The notes beneath the pieces were generated by a model. It made no database searches. It worked only from the letters and a program-made list of their open reading frames with translations, and was not told the origin of the DNA. A DNA stretch of 64,000 bases from an uncultured delta proteobacterium (GTDB lineage: Bacteria > Desulfobacterota > Syntrophia > Syntrophales > Smithellaceae). The stretch's first letter is position 1. Every line of letters starts with the position of its first letter. Shown piece by piece: positions 51,067 through 63,997 of this stretch. The DNA lies in NCBI GenBank assembly GCA_963845095.1, contig CAWJQM010000016.1, positions 187,183 through 251,182 of the forward strand, in the 5' to 3' direction. The translations under genes were made by a program, and so were the position numbers.

Positions 51067-54000
51067 GTGGAAGACGTTTTCAGCTATTTTGAAAAACCAA
51101 AAAACCCCATTAGATTCAATGCTATGAAGATTTCCATTGCTTCGCCCGAGAAGATTCTTTCCTGGTCTCACGGGGAAGTGAAGAAACCGGAAACAATCAA
51201 CTACCGGACATTTAAGCCGGAAAGGGATGGGCTTTTTTGCGCGAAAATATTTGGGCCGGTAAAGGATTACGAATGCCTGTGCGGTCGCTATAAAAGGATG
51301 AAGCACCGGGGTGTGGTTTGCGAGAAGTGTGGTGTGGAAGTTATTCAGTCCAAAGTCCGCCGGGAAAGAATGGGGCATATTACTCTGGCCACTCCTGTTG
51401 CCCATATCTGGTTTTTAAAAAGTCTTCCCAGCCGCATCGGCAATCTTATGGATTTATCATTGAAAGAGCTGGAAAAAGTTCTTTATTTTGAATCATGGAT
51501 TGTGCTTGATCCCAAGGCGACTCCTTTAAAAAAGAAAGAACTGCTGACCGATGAAGAGTACAGCGAATGCACAGAGCAATACGGAGAGAATGGCTTTGTT
51601 GTCGGAATCGGCGCTGAAGCTGTAAGACAACTGTTGGAAGAGATTGATTTAGAAAAGCTTTATGAAGAATTAAGAGCCGAGGTTGTCACTGTTGTTTCGG
51701 AGACCAAGAAAAAGAAACTCGTTAAAAGACTTAAGGTTGTAGAAGCGTTACGCAAATCGGGAAATAAATCGGAATGGATGATTTTGACCGTTCTTCCGGT
51801 TATTCCACCTGATCTACGCCCGCTGGTTCCGCTCGATGGCGGCCGCTTTGCAACATCTGATCTTAATGATTTGTATAGACGCGTTATCAACCGCAATAAT
51901 CGTTTGAAACGCTTGCAGGAGTTAAATGCGCCGGAAATTATTATCCGCAACGAAAAGAGAATGCTCCAGGAAGCGGTGGATGTGCTTTTTGATAATGGCC
52001 GCCGTGGCCGGGCCATAACCGGCACCAATAAAAGGCCTTTGAGGTCTCTATCGGATATGCTCAAGGGCAAGCAGGGTCGATTCCGCCAGAATTTGCTGGG
52101 GAAGCGAGTTGATTACTCCGGTCGTTCAGTCATTACCGTAGGCCCGGATTTAAGACTGCACCAGTGCGGCTTGCCCAAGAAGATGGGCCTGGAGCTCTTC
52201 AAACCTTTCGTCTATAATCGTCTGTTGGAAAAGGGATACGTTACTACGGTCAAAAGCGCCAAGAAAATGGTGGAGCGCGAAACTGCCGAAGTATGGGATG
52301 CGCTCGATGAAGTTGTGCGTGAATATCCTGTTATGCTCAATCGCGCGCCAACGCTGCATCGTCTTGGTATGCAGGCTTTTGAACCGGTGCTGATCGAAGG
52401 CAAAGCAATCCGTTTGCATCCTTTGGTTTGTACTGCTTTCAATGCCGATTTCGACGGTGATCAGATGGCTGTGCATGTTCCTTTATCCATTGAAGCGCAA
52501 ACAGAGTGCCGCGTCTTGATGATGTCGACCAATAACATTCTGTCCCCTGCCAATGGAAAGCCGATAATTATTCCCAGTCAGGATATCGTTTTGGGCATTT
52601 ACTACCTGACGCGCGCCAAGAACGGCGTTAAGGGTGAAGGAATGATTTTTGCCGATCCCGATGAAGTCCGCTGTGCCCTGGATGCCGGTGCCATAGATCT
52701 GCATGCCAAAATTAAAGTGCGGATCGATTCCGAATTAAAAGACACAACAGTGGGACGGGTTATTCTTTCGGACATAGTGCCCCGGGAAATTTCTTTCGAC
52801 GCCATTAATAAGCTGATGAACAAGAAGGAGTTGGCTAACTTAATTGACCATTGCTACCGCTTATGCGGTGATAAAACAACGGTGCTTCTGGCCGACAGAC
52901 TCAAAGATTTAGGATTTAAGTATGCGACTGTTTCCGGAATTTCTTTTGCCGTAGGCAACATGATTATTCCGGAGAATAAAAAGAATATTGTTTTGCAGGC
53001 GGAAAAAGACGTACTGAAAATTCAGAAACAGTATATGGATGGTTTAATCACTGATGGTGAGCGCTACAATAAGGTTATCGATATTTGGGCGCAATCTACG
53101 GAGAAAATCGCGACAGAAATGGTGAACGGTATCAGCACAGAGGAAGTTACCGGCGCCGACGGCAAAAAGCGGAAAGCGGAAAGCTTCAACCCGATTTTCA
53201 TGATGGCTGATTCCGGTGCCCGAGGGTCAGGGGTGCAGTTAAGACAGTTGGCCGGTATGCGCGGATTGATGGCCAAGCCGTCGGGAGAAATTATTGAAAC
53301 ACCGATTACGGCAAATTTCCGCGAAGGGTTAACCGTTCTGCAGTACTTTATTTCCACTCACGGCGCCCGTAAGGGTTTGGCCGATACCGCTTTAAAAACG
53401 GCCAATTCCGGGTATCTGACGCGAAGATTGGTTGACGTGGCGCAGGACTGTATAATTACTGAGCGGGATTGTGAAACAGTTGACGGAATTTATGTTTCCG
53501 CCTTGATGGAAGGCGGTGAAATCATTGAAACTGCCGGTGAACGTGTATTAGGTAGAGTTGCCTTGCAGGAAATAAAAGATCCGTTTACCGGTGAAGTCAT
53601 TGTGCACGCTAATGAAGCCATTGACGAAGCTTTAGCTGAAAGAATTGATCATTCCGGAATTGAACAGGTTAATATTCGCTCTGTTTTGAGCTGCCGGGCC
53701 AAACACGGCGTTTGCTCTATGTGTTATGGACGCGACCTGGCGCATGGCCATCTGGTGAACATTGGTGAGGCTGTCGGTATTGTTGCCGCTCAATCTATTG
53801 GGGAGCCGGGAACGCAGTTGACAATGAGAACATTCCATATCGGCGGTACAGCCAAATTTGACGAGCATTCCACGCTGGAAGCACGCCATGACGGTTTGGT
53901 CAAGTTCATAAACTTAAATGCTGTAAAAACCAGAGAAAATGACTATGTGGTCATGAACCGGCACGGTGAAGTGCACGTTTTGGATGAACAGCAACGCAGC

Positions 54001-55167
54001 CGCGGTAAATATACGGTTCCTTACGGCGCTCATTTAAAGGTAAGTGACAACACAACAATTAAGAGGGGACAGTTAATTGCGGAATGGGATCCTTTCTCCA
54101 TTCCAATCCTGGCGGAAGTTGACGGTATAATCAAATTCGGTGATATTATTGAAGGAAAAACCATGCAGGAGCAGGTGGACGAAGTTACCGGTCTGTCCCG
54201 TAAAGTCATTATTGAATTCAAGGGCGGAGACTTAAGGCCACGTGTTTCGATTAAAGACAGCAAGGGGAGGACAGCTAAAATACCGGGCACAAATGCTATG
54301 GCCCGCTATCTATTTTCGGTCGGAATCAATATCGTAGTGTCGGAAGGAGACGAGGTCCGGGCCGGCGACATCATAGCGAAAATACCGCGGGAAACAACTA
54401 AAACGAAGGATATCACAGGCGGTTTACCGCGAGTTGCCGAATTGTTTGAGGCTCGTAAGCCAAAAGATTTTGCTGTTATTAGTGAAATTGATGGTGTCGT
54501 TTCTTATGGTAAAGATGCCAAAGGTAAGCGGAAAATCATTGTAACACCGGAAATCGGTGAAGAAAAAGAATATCTGATCGCTAAAGGTAAGCATGTGAGT
54601 GTCCAGGAGGGCGACCGCGTTACTCCGGGTGATGCCTTAATGGATGGTATGAACAATCCCCATGACTTGTTGGCGATTAAAGGCGAAAAAGAACTGGCCA
54701 GATATCTGGTCGATGAAGTGCAGGAAGTCTATCGTTTACAGGGTGTCAAGATCAACGATAAGCATATGGAAGTTATTGTGCGGCAAATGTTGCGCAGGAT
54801 CCGGGTGACTGATCCCGGTGATACCGTCTTTATAGCTGATGAGCAGGTTGAGCGCTACCGTTTCCAGGAAGAAAACGAAAAGGTCATGGCTCAGGGAGGG
54901 CGTCCGGCTATTGGCGAACCGCTGCTTCTGGGAATAACCAAGGCATCGCTGAGCACACAGAGTTTCATTTCTGCAGCTTCGTTCCAGGAAACGACAAGAG
55001 TCCTTACCGAGGCATCTCTCTCGGGCAAGACCGACTACCTGAGGGGCTTAAAGGAAAACGTTATTATGGGCCGTCTGATACCTGCCGGTACAGGCCTGGT
55101 TATGTACCGGAAACTGGGTATTGAGGTGGAAGATCAGATAGCGGGTATGGATGTCGAACTAAGTTAA
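51067..55167 (+). CDS. rpoC: DNA-directed RNA polymerase subunit beta'
   Basis: 1366 aa, GTG start. Zn-finger [27 protein letters not shown] catalytic motif. Confidence 0.97.
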   Translation: MEDVFSYFEKPKNPIRFNAMKISIASPEKILSWSHGEVKKPETINYRTFKPERDGLFCAKIFGPVKDYECLCGRYKRMKHRGVVCEKCGVEVIQSKVRRERMGHITLATPVAHIWFLKSLPSRIGNLMDLSLKELEKVLYFESWIVLDPKATPLKKKELLTDEEYSECTEQYGENGFVVGIGAEAVRQLLEEIDLEKLYEELRAEVVTVVSETKKKKLVKRLKVVEALRKSGNKSEWMILTVLPVIPPDLRPLVPLDGGRFATSDLNDLYRRVINRNNRLKRLQELNAPEIIIRNEKRMLQEAVDVLFDNGRRGRAITGTNKRPLRSLSDMLKGKQGRFRQNLLGKRVDYSGRSVITVGPDLRLHQCGLPKKMGLELFKPFVYNRLLEKGYVTTVKSAKKMVERETAEVWDALDEVVREYPVMLNRAPTLHRLGMQAFEPVLIEGKAIRLHPLVCTAFNADFDGDQMAVHVPLSIEAQTECRVLMMSTNNILSPANGKPIIIPSQDIVLGIYYLTRAKNGVKGEGMIFADPDEVRCALDAGAIDLHAKIKVRIDSELKDTTVGRVILSDIVPREISFDAINKLMNKKELANLIDHCYRLCGDKTTVLLADRLKDLGFKYATVSGISFAVGNMIIPENKKNIVLQAEKDVLKIQKQYMDGLITDGERYNKVIDIWAQSTEKIATEMVNGISTEEVTGADGKKRKAESFNPIFMMADSGARGSGVQLRQLAGMRGLMAKPSGEIIETPITANFREGLTVLQYFISTHGARKGLADTALKTANSGYLTRRLVDVAQDCIITERDCETVDGIYVSALMEGGEIIETAGERVLGRVALQEIKDPFTGEVIVHANEAIDEALAERIDHSGIEQVNIRSVLSCRAKHGVCSMCYGRDLAHGHLVNIGEAVGIVAAQSIGEPGTQLTMRTFHIGGTAKFDEHSTLEARHDGLVKFINLNAVKTRENDYVVMNRHGEVHVLDEQQRSRGKYTVPYGAHLKVSDNTTIKRGQLIAEWDPFSIPILAEVDGIIKFGDIIEGKTMQEQVDEVTGLSRKVIIEFKGGDLRPRVSIKDSKGRTAKIPGTNAMARYLFSVGINIVVSEGDEVRAGDIIAKIPRETTKTKDITGGLPRVAELFEARKPKDFAVISEIDGVVSYGKDAKGKRKIIVTPEIGEEKEYLIAKGKHVSVQEGDRVTPGDALMDGMNNPHDLLAIKGEKELARYLVDEVQEVYRLQGVKINDKHMEVIVRQMLRRIRVTDPGDTVFIADEQVERYRFQEENEKVMAQGGRPAIGEPLLLGITKASLSTQSFISAASFQETTRVLTEASLSGKTDYLRGLKENVIMGRLIPAGTGLVMYRKLGIEVEDQIAGMDVELS

Positions 55168-55269
55168 AGAAAGCTGAGAAAAAGCTTGACATATGAGCAC
55201 TGAGTTGATAGTGAACAACGCTTTGCTACTGCTGGAAAATTAGCAGGAAAAGTTAGATCGGGAGGAAAA

Positions 55270-55641
55270 ATGCCGACGATAAGTCAATTGGTTCGCAAAG
55301 GCAGAAACAAGATACAGAAGAAAACAAATACACCGGCACTGGGATCATCGCCTCAGCGCCGCGGCGTTTGTGTCCGGGTTTATACGACGACTCCGAAAAA
55401 GCCTAATTCGGCTTTGCGCAAAGTGGCCAGAGTTCGTCTCACCAGTGGTTATGAAGTTACTTCTTACATTCCGGGTATCGGGCATAACTTGCAGGAGCAT
55501 TCGGTTGTTTTGGTTCGCGGAGGCAGGGTCAAGGACTTGCCTGGCGTCAGATATCATATTGTTAGAGGCACGCTTGATGCCGTTGGTGTTGCCGATCGTA
55601 AACAGAGCAGGTCAAAGTACGGAGCGAAAAAGCCAAGTTAG
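55270..55641 (+). CDS. rpsL: 30S ribosomal protein S12
   Basis: [22 protein letters not shown].. Confidence 0.97.
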   Translation: MPTISQLVRKGRNKIQKKTNTPALGSSPQRRGVCVRVYTTTPKKPNSALRKVARVRLTSGYEVTSYIPGIGHNLQEHSVVLVRGGRVKDLPGVRYHIVRGTLDAVGVADRKQSRSKYGAKKPS

Positions 55642-55655
55642 ACGGAGATAGTTAA

Positions 55656-56126
55656 ATGCCAAGAAGACGGGAAATAGAAAAAAGGGATGTTTTGCCCGAT
55701 CCGAAATTCAACAATAAGCTGGTTGCGAAATTTGTCAACTCGTTGTTAAAGCGGGGTAAGAAGAGCACGGCGGAGAGCATTCTCTACGGTGCTTTCGACA
55801 TTATTGAGAAGAAAGTAAAAGAGCAGCCGGTAGAGCTTTTCGAGAAAGCATTGAATAACGTTAAGCCGATTATCGAAGTAAAATCAAGACGCGTTGGCGG
55901 TTCTACTTATCAGGTGCCGACAGAAGTTGTCCCTGCCAGACGCACGGCGCTCGCCATCCGGTGGTTGATTACGAATGCCCAGGAAAGAACGGAAAAAACG
56001 ATGCGGGAAAAGCTGGCCGGTGAATTGATTGACGCCGCCAATAATCGCGGTGGAGCGATCAAGAAAAGAGAAGGTGTGCATAAGATGGCTGAAGCCAATA
56101 AAGCTTTCGCCCATTATAAATTTTAA
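55656..56126 (+). CDS. rpsG: 30S ribosomal protein S7
   Basis: [18 protein letters not shown].. 156 aa. Confidence 0.97.
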   Translation: MPRRREIEKRDVLPDPKFNNKLVAKFVNSLLKRGKKSTAESILYGAFDIIEKKVKEQPVELFEKALNNVKPIIEVKSRRVGGSTYQVPTEVVPARRTALAIRWLITNAQERTEKTMREKLAGELIDAANNRGGAIKKREGVHKMAEANKAFAHYKF

Positions 56127-56190
56127 TTAAAGGGTATATTGATTAAACGACAAGAGAACTAACCATTCAAAGTTAAGGAGGTAGATTGAC

Positions 56191-57384
56191 ATGGCAAAGA
56201 AAAAATTTGAAAGGACTAAGCCGCATTTAAATATCGGAACAATCGGTCACGTAGATCATGGTAAAACTACATTAACAGCCGCGATTACCAAACATCTGGC
56301 CACGAAAGGGTTTGCGGAATTTCGCCCTTTCGATTCCATAGATAATGCTCCCGAAGAAAAAGAAAGAGGCGTTACCATCAACATCTGTCATGTGGAATAT
56401 CAGACGGATAAAAGGCATTATGCCCACGTCGATTGTCCGGGGCACGCCGACTATATTAAAAATATGATTTCCGGCGCCGCCCATATGGACGGAACAATTC
56501 TTGTTGTCGCCGCATCCGATGGTCCCATGCCGCAAACAAGAGAGCACATCCTCCTCGCCCGTCAGGTTCAGGTTCCTTACATTGTCGTTTATCTTAATAA
56601 AGTAGATCTTGTTGATGATCCCGAGCTTCTCGATCTGGTTGAACTCGAATTAAGAGAGCTCTTAACTCAATATGAATTCCCCGGTGATGATATTCCCATT
56701 ATTCGTGGTTCGGCCTTGAAGGCTTTGGAAGCTGATGATCCTAATTCACCCGATGCCAAGTCCATTTGGGAGTTAATGGATGCCGTAGACAGTTATATTC
56801 CGGAACCAAAACGTGATACCGAGAAGCCCTTCCTGATGCCTGTTGGCGATGTTTTCACTATCTCCGGCCGCGGTACGGTTGTAACCGGGAGAGTGGACAG
56901 GGGTATTGCGAAGGTAGGCGAGGAAGTGGAAATTATCGGTATTCGTCCCACCTTTAAAACGGTTGTCACCGGTGTGGAAATGTTCCGCAAAACTCTTGAT
57001 GAAGCCCGTGCCGGCGATGATGTCGGTTTGCTCTTAAGAGGTATTAAACGCGAAGAAGTTGAAAGAGGCCAGGTTATCGCGAAGCCGGCTTCCATCACTC
57101 CGCACACAAAATTTGAAGCCGCTGTTTACATTCTGACCAAGGAAGAAGGCGGGCGCCACACACCATTTTTCTCCGGCTACCGTCCGCAGTTTTATTTCCG
57201 GACAACCGATGTGACCGGTGTGGCAACGCTACCGGAAGGTGTGGAAATGGTTATGCCCGGTGATAATGTTAACATGCGCATAGAGCTGATTACCCCTATC
57301 GCCATGGAAGAACAATTGAGATTCGCTATTCGCGAGGGTGGCAGGACAGTAGGCGCTGGCGTCGTAAGCAAAATTATTGAATAG
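56191..57384 (+). CDS. tuf: elongation factor Tu
   Basis: [14 protein letters not shown] and NKVD GTPase motifs. 397 aa. Follows rpsG directly, with no fusA between them. Confidence 0.97.
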   Translation: MAKKKFERTKPHLNIGTIGHVDHGKTTLTAAITKHLATKGFAEFRPFDSIDNAPEEKERGVTINICHVEYQTDKRHYAHVDCPGHADYIKNMISGAAHMDGTILVVAASDGPMPQTREHILLARQVQVPYIVVYLNKVDLVDDPELLDLVELELRELLTQYEFPGDDIPIIRGSALKALEADDPNSPDAKSIWELMDAVDSYIPEPKRDTEKPFLMPVGDVFTISGRGTVVTGRVDRGIAKVGEEVEIIGIRPTFKTVVTGVEMFRKTLDEARAGDDVGLLLRGIKREEVERGQVIAKPASITPHTKFEAAVYILTKEEGGRHTPFFSGYRPQFYFRTTDVTGVATLPEGVEMVMPGDNVNMRIELITPIAMEEQLRFAIREGGRTVGAGVVSKIIE

Positions 57385-57408
57385 AAACGGGAAAAGGTTA
57401 TCCGATCA

Positions 57409-57717
57409 ATGAAAGACCAAAAGATTAGAATTCGTCTCAGAGCTTACGACTATAAATTACTGGATCGTTCTGTTGAAGAAATAGTAGAAACGGCAAAAAG
57501 GACCGGTGCACGTGTCGCCGGTCCTATTCCTCTTCCTACGGAGATCAATAAGTATTGCGTAAACCGTTCACCTCATGTTGATAAAAAATCCCGTGAGCAG
57601 TTTGAAATCAGAACACATAAAAGACTGATTGATATTGTTGAACCTACGCAGGCTACGGTGGATGCTTTAATGAAATTGGATTTGTCTGCCGGAGTGGATG
57701 TGGAGATAAAAGCGTAA
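57409..57717 (+). CDS. rpsJ: 30S ribosomal protein S10
   Basis: [19 protein letters not shown].. 102 aa. Confidence 0.97.
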   Translation: MKDQKIRIRLRAYDYKLLDRSVEEIVETAKRTGARVAGPIPLPTEINKYCVNRSPHVDKKSREQFEIRTHKRLIDIVEPTQATVDALMKLDLSAGVDVEIKA

Positions 57718-57807
57718 GTTCAAATTCGAGTGTTGGGAGAAGGTAAGAATCATTACCATTCTTCAAAATGTAGTTTATTGGCTTTATCTTTCATAAAAAG
57801 TTGGAAA

Positions 57808-58443
57808 ATGATGAACAAGGGAATCATTGGGAAAAAAATAGGAATGACTCAGGTTTTTGATGATGATGGTGCTGCAGTTGGAGTTACCGCCATTGAGGTT
57901 GAGCCGTCCGTTATCGTTCAGGTAAAGACCAAAGCCAAAGAAGGGTACGATGCTATCCAGCTTGGCTATGGACGCAAAAAACAAAAGAATGTAACAAAAC
58001 CACTGCAGGGCCATTTTAATAAAGCCAACAAAGGTTTTTTCCAAAAGCTCAAGGAATTTGGCACAGATGGCTCACAGCAGGAAATCGGGCAGGAGATTAC
58101 CGCAGATATTTTTAAGGCAGGTGATTTTGTTGACGTTATCGGGACATCCAAAGGCAAGGGGTTCCAGGGAGTTGTCAAAAGGCATGGTTTTGCGGGTGGC
58201 CGGGCTACGCACGGTTCTATGTTTCATCGGGCGCCGGGATCTATTGGCGCCAGCGCCGATCCTTCGCGCGTCTTTAAAGGCACAAAAATGGGTGGCCACA
58301 TGGGCTGTGTCCGAAAAACAATCCAGAATCTGCAAATTTGGCAAGTTCGAGCGGACAGAAATTTGATTTTGTTGAAAGGTTCGATTCCGGGAAGTAAGAA
58401 AGGTTTTGTGCTGATTCAGCAGGCTAAGAAAATAAGTGGTTAA
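57808..58443 (+). CDS. rplC: 50S ribosomal protein L3
   Basis: Start at ATG 57808/57811 (MMNKGIIGKKIGMTQVF). The ORF-track upstream extension is unlikely. Confidence 0.93.
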   Translation: MMNKGIIGKKIGMTQVFDDDGAAVGVTAIEVEPSVIVQVKTKAKEGYDAIQLGYGRKKQKNVTKPLQGHFNKANKGFFQKLKEFGTDGSQQEIGQEITADIFKAGDFVDVIGTSKGKGFQGVVKRHGFAGGRATHGSMFHRAPGSIGASADPSRVFKGTKMGGHMGCVRKTIQNLQIWQVRADRNLILLKGSIPGSKKGFVLIQQAKKISG

Positions 58444-58464
58444 GTCACATCTGGAGTTATAAAC

Positions 58465-59088
58465 ATGGCAGTAGCAGATGTTTTTGATATCGAAAAGAAG
58501 AAAGTTGCTCAAGTTGATTTAAATGACGCTGTTTTTGGCGCCGAAGTCAATGAAGCAGTCGTTTATGATGTAGTCAAGATGCAAATGGCGGCCCGACGTT
58601 CGGGAACATCTTCCACGAAGACGAGGTCTGATGTCCGTGGCGGCGGGAAAAAGCCCTGGCGGCAAAAGGGTACAGGACGGGCCCGGGTGGGAACGACCAG
58701 ATCGCCTATTTGGCGTGGTGGCGGAATTGTTTTTGGTCCTCATCCTCGCGATTATTCCTTCAGTGTTCCGAAAAAGGTACGGAAAAAAGCATTAATTTCC
58801 GTACTGAGCATGAAACTTAAAGAAGATAAAATGGTGATACTGAAAGATTTCCCCATGGAAAAAATCAGCACCAAAGCATTTAAAAAAGTCGTTGATCTCT
58901 TTGGATTTAAAAAAGCGCTTTTTGTTCTGGATATAAAGAATGATGTCTTATTAAAGTCTTCCCAGAACATAAGGAACGTTAAAATGATCAGATCAGAGGG
59001 TATTAATGTTTATGATGTTTTAAATTGTGAGCATTTAGTTCTTCTTGAACCCTCCGTAAAACAGATTGAGGGAGCATTGCTGGCATAA
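58465..59088 (+). CDS. rplD: 50S ribosomal protein L4
   Basis: ..[16 protein letters not shown].. 207 aa. Confidence 0.95.
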   Translation: MAVADVFDIEKKKVAQVDLNDAVFGAEVNEAVVYDVVKMQMAARRSGTSSTKTRSDVRGGGKKPWRQKGTGRARVGTTRSPIWRGGGIVFGPHPRDYSFSVPKKVRKKALISVLSMKLKEDKMVILKDFPMEKISTKAFKKVVDLFGFKKALFVLDIKNDVLLKSSQNIRNVKMIRSEGINVYDVLNCEHLVLLEPSVKQIEGALLA

Positions 59089-59375
59089 TGGAAGTACATC
59101 AGATTATAAAAAAACTGCTGGTTACAGAAAAGAGCACCGTTGCCCGGGAAGAAGCAAATAAGTATATTTTTGAAGTCGACCGGAAAGCCAACAAGGTGGA
59201 AATCGGCCATGCTGTGGAAAAATTGTTTAAAGTTAAAGTTCTGGATGTCCATGTAATGCATGTTTTAGGCAAAAAGAAAAGAGCAGGTAAAGTCATGGGA
59301 CAGAAGAGCTCCTGGAAAAAGGCAATTGTTACATTAAGTGCCGGTAACCGTATAGAGATTAGTGAAAGCTTATAA
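59088..59375 (+). CDS. rplW: 50S ribosomal protein L23
   Basis: 95 aa. ..KYIFEVDRKANKVEIGHAVEKLFKVKV.. Confidence 0.95.
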   Translation: MEVHQIIKKLLVTEKSTVAREEANKYIFEVDRKANKVEIGHAVEKLFKVKVLDVHVMHVLGKKKRAGKVMGQKSSWKKAIVTLSAGNRIEISESL

Positions 59376-59397
59376 GCACTAGTTAAGGATTGGAACA

Positions 59398-60219
59398 ATG
59401 GGAATTATTAAGTACAAGCCGACATCAGCGGGGAGAAGATTTCAGAGTGTTTCCGATTTTGAGGAGATCACTTCCGCCGAGCCGGTAAAAAGCTTACTCA
59501 AGCCGCTGAAGCGAACGGGTGGACGCAATAGTTATGGCCGTATTACAGCCAGATATATTGGCGGCGGGCACAAGAGAAAATACCGGATAGTCGATTTTTG
59601 CCGCAATAAGACCGACATTCCGGCAAAAGTAGCCTCCATTGAATATGACCCGAACAGAACAGCGAGAATTGCTCTTTTAAATTACCGGGACGGTGAAAAA
59701 AGATATATAGTCGCGCCCGCGCAAGTCAATGTAGGCGATGTCATAGTCAGTGGTGAGAAAGCCGACATAAAACCAGGCAATGCTATTCCCTTGAAATCCA
59801 TTCCTTTGGGCTCATTGATTCATAATGTTGAGTTGAAAGTTGGTCGAGGAGGTCAGCTGATCCGTTCAGCCGGCGCATATGGCCAATTGATGGCGAAGGA
59901 AGGCGACTATGCTCAGGTAAGACTTCCTTCCGGTGAAGTACGCAAGGTGTTTATTGAATGCATGGCTACCATTGGCCAGGTAGGCAACAACGAGCACGAA
60001 AATATCAGCATCGGCAAAGCCGGCAGGAAAAGATGGATGGGTAAGAAGCCTCATGTACGCGGCGTAGTAATGAATCCCGTTGATCATCCGATGGGTGGCG
60101 GCGAAGGCAAGTCTTCTGGTGGCAGGCATCCGTGCACTCCTTGGGGTGTACCGACGAAGGGTCATAAAACCAGGAAAAATAAGAGCACAGATAAATATAT
60201 TGTTAAGAGACGAGGTTAA
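59398..60219 (+). CDS. rplB: 50S ribosomal protein L2
   Basis: 273 aa. ..GGGHKRKYR.., ..[12 protein letters not shown].. Confidence 0.97.
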   Translation: MGIIKYKPTSAGRRFQSVSDFEEITSAEPVKSLLKPLKRTGGRNSYGRITARYIGGGHKRKYRIVDFCRNKTDIPAKVASIEYDPNRTARIALLNYRDGEKRYIVAPAQVNVGDVIVSGEKADIKPGNAIPLKSIPLGSLIHNVELKVGRGGQLIRSAGAYGQLMAKEGDYAQVRLPSGEVRKVFIECMATIGQVGNNEHENISIGKAGRKRWMGKKPHVRGVVMNPVDHPMGGGEGKSSGGRHPCTPWGVPTKGHKTRKNKSTDKYIVKRRG

Positions 60220-60224
60220 AAAGC

Positions 60225-60506
60225 GTGGCACGTTCGATTAAAAAAGGTCCGTATATCGAGGAAAGACTGCTTGCTAAAGCCCGTAAGATGGAGACGGAAG
60301 GCAGCAAAAATGTTATTAAAACTTGGTCGCGGCGTTCAACCATAACACCGGAACTCATTGGCTTTACATTTGCGGTGCATAACGGGAAAAAGTTTATCCC
60401 GGTTTACGTAACGGAGAATATGGTGGGGCATAAGCTAGGTGAGTTTTCACCGACGAGGACTTTTTATTCCCATTCGGGTGATCGTAAAACGAAAGTCCGC
60501 AAATAA
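60225..60506 (+). CDS. rpsS: 30S ribosomal protein S19
   Basis: GTG start. [11 protein letters not shown].. ..[23 protein letters not shown].. Confidence 0.95.
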   Translation: MARSIKKGPYIEERLLAKARKMETEGSKNVIKTWSRRSTITPELIGFTFAVHNGKKFIPVYVTENMVGHKLGEFSPTRTFYSHSGDRKTKVRK

Positions 60507-60545
60507 AAACTTACGCTCTGATCGATGCGTTTGAGGTTGATAATT

Positions 60546-60878
60546 ATGGAAGCGAAAGCAGTTGCAAAATATATCAGGATGTCACCGCAGAAAGTTAGAC
60601 TGGTGGTCGATTTGATTAGAGGGAAAAGAGTTCAGGAAGCGCAGAACATTCTCCTTTACACAAGAAAATATGCGGCAGGGATTGTTGCCAAAGTTCTTAA
60701 GTCAGCCGCTGCTAATGCTGCTCAGAATCCTAACATTGATGAAAATATTCTTTATGTTAAGGAAGTATTCGTCGATCAGGGACCGGCGCTGAAGCGCTGG
60801 AGAGCGCGGGCGCAGGGAAGAGCGGCAGGGATCAAAAAGCGAAGTTCACACATTACAGTCGTCTTGGATGAAAAGTAA
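60546..60878 (+). CDS. rplV: 50S ribosomal protein L22
   Basis: Start at ATG 60546 ([20 protein letters not shown]). 110 aa. Confidence 0.93.
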   Translation: MEAKAVAKYIRMSPQKVRLVVDLIRGKRVQEAQNILLYTRKYAAGIVAKVLKSAAANAAQNPNIDENILYVKEVFVDQGPALKRWRARAQGRAAGIKKRSSHITVVLDEK

Positions 60879-60890
60879 GGAGGAACGATA

Positions 60891-61535
60891 TTGGGTCAGA
60901 AGGTTAACCCGGTAGGATTACGATTAGGTTTTATTAAAAAGTGGCAGTCAGTATGGTTTGCCGACAGAACCTATAGTGAAATGTTGCATGAAGACTTGAA
61001 GATCAGAAAATACCTCAAGAAAAAACTCTATCATGCCGGTATTTCGAGAATTGAGATTGAGCGCGCTGCCAACAAGGCTAAGGTCAATATTTATGCAGCG
61101 CGGCCAGGTGTGATCATTGGCAAAAAAGGCTCGGAAATTGAAAAGCTGAAAGCTGAGATCGAGAAATTTTCGCAGGCGGAAATAATCATCAACATCTTAG
61201 AGGTACGTAAACCGGAAATTGATGCCCAGCTTGTTGCCGAGAATGTGGCTATGCAATTGGAAAGAAGGGTTGCTTTCCGCCGGGCAATGAAAAAATGTGT
61301 CGGTTATGCCCTTAAATTCGGTGCTAAAGGGATTAAAATCAACTGCTCCGGCCGGTTGGCGGGGTCGGAAATCGCCCGAGCCGAATGGTATCGTGAGGGA
61401 AGAGTTCCTCTGCATACACTGAGGGCCGACATTGATTATGGCTTTACTGAGGCCAATACAGCCTACGGGCTGATCGGTGTTAAAGTTCTAATTTTCCACG
61501 GTGAAATACTGCCGGTAAAGAAAGATAAGCAGTGA
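60891..61535 (+). CDS. rpsC: 30S ribosomal protein S3
   Basis: TTG start. [12 protein letters not shown].. with KH domain. 214 aa. Confidence 0.95.
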   Translation: MGQKVNPVGLRLGFIKKWQSVWFADRTYSEMLHEDLKIRKYLKKKLYHAGISRIEIERAANKAKVNIYAARPGVIIGKKGSEIEKLKAEIEKFSQAEIIINILEVRKPEIDAQLVAENVAMQLERRVAFRRAMKKCVGYALKFGAKGIKINCSGRLAGSEIARAEWYREGRVPLHTLRADIDYGFTEANTAYGLIGVKVLIFHGEILPVKKDKQ

Positions 61536-61617
61536 TTATTATTGCGCCGGTCGGTTTTTCACGGGCTGGTAGTAAGTCAGGGAATTTCGTTGTAAAGAGC
61601 AACAGGAGTTTTACATT

Positions 61618-62040
61618 ATGTTAATGCCGAAAAGGGTGAAATACAGAAAGCTGCATAAGGGCCGTATGGGTGGCAAGGCCACCAGAGGGGGCTCGATATC
61701 TTTTGGCGATTTTGGATTGCAGGCGGCGGAATGTGGATGGATTACAGCAAGGCAGATTGAAGCGGCTCGTATTGCCATGACACGCCATGTCAAGCGTGGC
61801 GGTAAAATCTGGATCAGGATATTTCCTCATAAGTCTTATACCAGAAAGCCTGCCGAAACACGAATGGGCAAAGGGAAGGGAGCGCCGGAGGGATGGGTGG
61901 CAGTAGTGAAACCCGGTTCGGTTCTCTACGAGATGGAAGGGGTAAGCAGAGAAGTGGCCAAGGAAGCCTTTCGTCTTGCGGCGCACAAGTTACCGATTGC
62001 CACTAAATTTTTAGCAAGGGAGATATCTGATGAAAATTAA
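61618..62040 (+). CDS. rplP: 50S ribosomal protein L16
   Basis: [17 protein letters not shown].. 140 aa. Confidence 0.97.
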   Translation: MLMPKRVKYRKLHKGRMGGKATRGGSISFGDFGLQAAECGWITARQIEAARIAMTRHVKRGGKIWIRIFPHKSYTRKPAETRMGKGKGAPEGWVAVVKPGSVLYEMEGVSREVAKEAFRLAAHKLPIATKFLAREISDEN

Positions 62041-62224
62041 AGAAATCAGAGATCTCGGTATTAACGAGCTCAAACAAAAAAATATTGAATTGGTAGAAGA
62101 ACTTTTTAAGTTGCGGATACGTCATGCGTCAGGCCAGTTGGAACCAACGGCAAAGCTGGGCCATCTGCGGAAAGACATCGCCCGTATCAATACGGTGTTG
62201 AAGGAAAAGGAGGCTGCAAGTTAA
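62030..62224 (+). CDS. rpmC: 50S ribosomal protein L29
   Basis: [29 protein letters not shown].. 64 aa. Confidence 0.95.
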   Translation: MKIKEIRDLGINELKQKNIELVEELFKLRIRHASGQLEPTAKLGHLRKDIARINTVLKEKEAAS

Positions 62225-62225
62225 C

Positions 62226-62483
62226 ATGGCTGAGCAGGGGAATAAGCGCACAATTAAAGGTGTAGTTACCAGCGATAAAATGGATAAGACTATCATCATC
62301 AGGGCGGAACGTCTGGTGAAGCATACGATTTTTCATAAGTATGTGCGCAAACACGTGAAATACAAGGCCCATGACGAGCAAAACCAGTGCAAAGTGGGTG
62401 ATACGGTTCTGATTATTGAGGCGCGTCCGATGAGTAAAGACAAACGCTGGCGGATGCTCGAAATTCTGGAGAGAGCAAAATAA
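62226..62483 (+). CDS. rpsQ: 30S ribosomal protein S17
   Basis: ..KRTIKGVVTSDKMDKTIII.. 85 aa. Confidence 0.95.
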   Translation: MAEQGNKRTIKGVVTSDKMDKTIIIRAERLVKHTIFHKYVRKHVKYKAHDEQNQCKVGDTVLIIEARPMSKDKRWRMLEILERAK

Positions 62484-62525
62484 TAACTTGTTTATTCGGC
62501 AGGTTATTTTGATGGGGTTTTATTT

Positions 62526-62894
62526 ATGATTCAGATGCAGACCATACTAAATGTTGCGGATAATTCCGGTGCCAAGAGAGTAGCTTGTATCAAGGTGCTG
62601 GGCGGATCGAAGCGGCGTTATGCAAGTTTGGGAGATGTTATTGTTGTTGCCGTAAAGGAAGCCATTCCTAATTCCAAAGTTAAAAAGGGCGACGTAATGA
62701 AGGCTGTCATCGTGCGCACAGTCAAGGAAGTGAAAAGGCCGGACGGATCTTATCTGAAATTTGATGACAACTCGGCTGTTTTAATTTCCAATCAGATGGA
62801 ACCCATTGGAACAAGAATTTTCGGACCAGTTGCCCGCGAATTGAGAGCAAAGCAATTCATGAAGATTATCTCTCTGGCACCAGAGGTTTTATAA
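62526..62894 (+). CDS. rplN: 50S ribosomal protein L14
   Basis: [17 protein letters not shown].. 122 aa. Confidence 0.97.
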   Translation: MIQMQTILNVADNSGAKRVACIKVLGGSKRRYASLGDVIVVAVKEAIPNSKVKKGDVMKAVIVRTVKEVKRPDGSYLKFDDNSAVLISNQMEPIGTRIFGPVARELRAKQFMKIISLAPEVL

Positions 62895-62916
62895 ACGTGT
62901 TTCGAAGAGGAAAAAG

Positions 62917-63240
62917 ATGAGCTTAAGCAGATTGAAAAAAGGGGATGTCGTTAAAGTTCTTGCAGGCAAAGATAAAGGCAAGACGGGAAAGATACTGAAG
63001 ACTGTTCCTGAAAAATCCCGGATCGTTGTCGAAAAAATAAATATTATTAAGAAACATAAGAAACCGGATCAAAAAACCAGAGGCGGTGTCGTCGAGAAAG
63101 AGGGATCCCTGCATGTTTCGAAAGTTGCATTATTTTGCAATAAGTGCAACACGGGCGTACGAGTAAGAAACAAGGTCCTTGAAGATGGTAAGAAGGTACG
63201 CATCTGCAGTAAATGCAACGAAGTAATCAATGTAGGTTGA
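62917..63240 (+). CDS. rplX: 50S ribosomal protein L24
   Basis: ..[21 protein letters not shown].. KOW motif. 107 aa. Confidence 0.95.
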   Translation: MSLSRLKKGDVVKVLAGKDKGKTGKILKTVPEKSRIVVEKINIIKKHKKPDQKTRGGVVEKEGSLHVSKVALFCNKCNTGVRVRNKVLEDGKKVRICSKCNEVINVG

Positions 63241-63245
63241 TAAAA

Positions 63246-63785
63246 ATGGCAAGATTAAAAGAATTTTACACAAAAGAAGTTGTTCCTGCACTGACCAAAG
63301 AATTTAAATACAAAAACCCGATGCAGGTACCCAAGCTGGATAAAATTGTTGTCAATATGGGTTTAGGCGAAGCTATTCAGAATATAAAAATTATTGATGG
63401 CGCCTTACAGGAAATGGCAATGATTACGGGACAGCGACCGGTTGTGACGAAAGCCAAGAAATCTATTGCGACGTTTAAATTAAGGCAGGGAATGCCCATT
63501 GGTTGTTCGGTTATCCTGCGCAAAGAAATTATGTATGAATTCTTTGATCGCCTGGTTAATGTCGCTTTGCCGAAAGTAAGGGATTTTCGCGGGATTTCGG
63601 CTAATTCATTTGACGGTAGAGGAAATTTCTCCATGGGTTTACAGGAGCAAATTATTTTCCCGGAAATTGAGTACGACAAGGTGGAGAAGGTCAAGGGAAT
63701 GAACATTACTATAGTGACTACAGCGAAAACAGATGCCGAAGCTAGAGTTTTGCTAAAGCTGATGGGTGTACCATTTAAGAATTAA
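63246..63785 (+). CDS. rplE: 50S ribosomal protein L5
   Basis: Start at ATG 63246 ([16 protein letters not shown]). 179 aa. Confidence 0.95.
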   Translation: MARLKEFYTKEVVPALTKEFKYKNPMQVPKLDKIVVNMGLGEAIQNIKIIDGALQEMAMITGQRPVVTKAKKSIATFKLRQGMPIGCSVILRKEIMYEFFDRLVNVALPKVRDFRGISANSFDGRGNFSMGLQEQIIFPEIEYDKVEKVKGMNITIVTTAKTDAEARVLLKLMGVPFKN

Positions 63786-63811
63786 TTGAGGAATGTCCGG
63801 AGGAATTTGGC

Positions 63812-63997
63812 GTGGCAAAGAAGTCATTAATTGCAAAAGCGAAAAGGAAAATGAAGTTTTCTGTCCGAGAATACAATCGCTGTCCGATTTGCGGAAGACC
63901 GCGAGCCTATTATCGGAAATTTGATATGTGCAGAATCTGTTTACGCAAGCTTTCCTTGCAGGGAGAGTTGCCGGGTGTAATAAAATCAAGCTGGTAA
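63812..63997 (+). CDS. rpsN: 30S ribosomal protein S14, zinc-binding type Z
   Basis: 61 aa, GTG start. CPICGRP..CRIC zinc ribbon. Confidence 0.93.
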   Translation: MAKKSLIAKAKRKMKFSVREYNRCPICGRPRAYYRKFDMCRICLRKLSLQGELPGVIKSSW

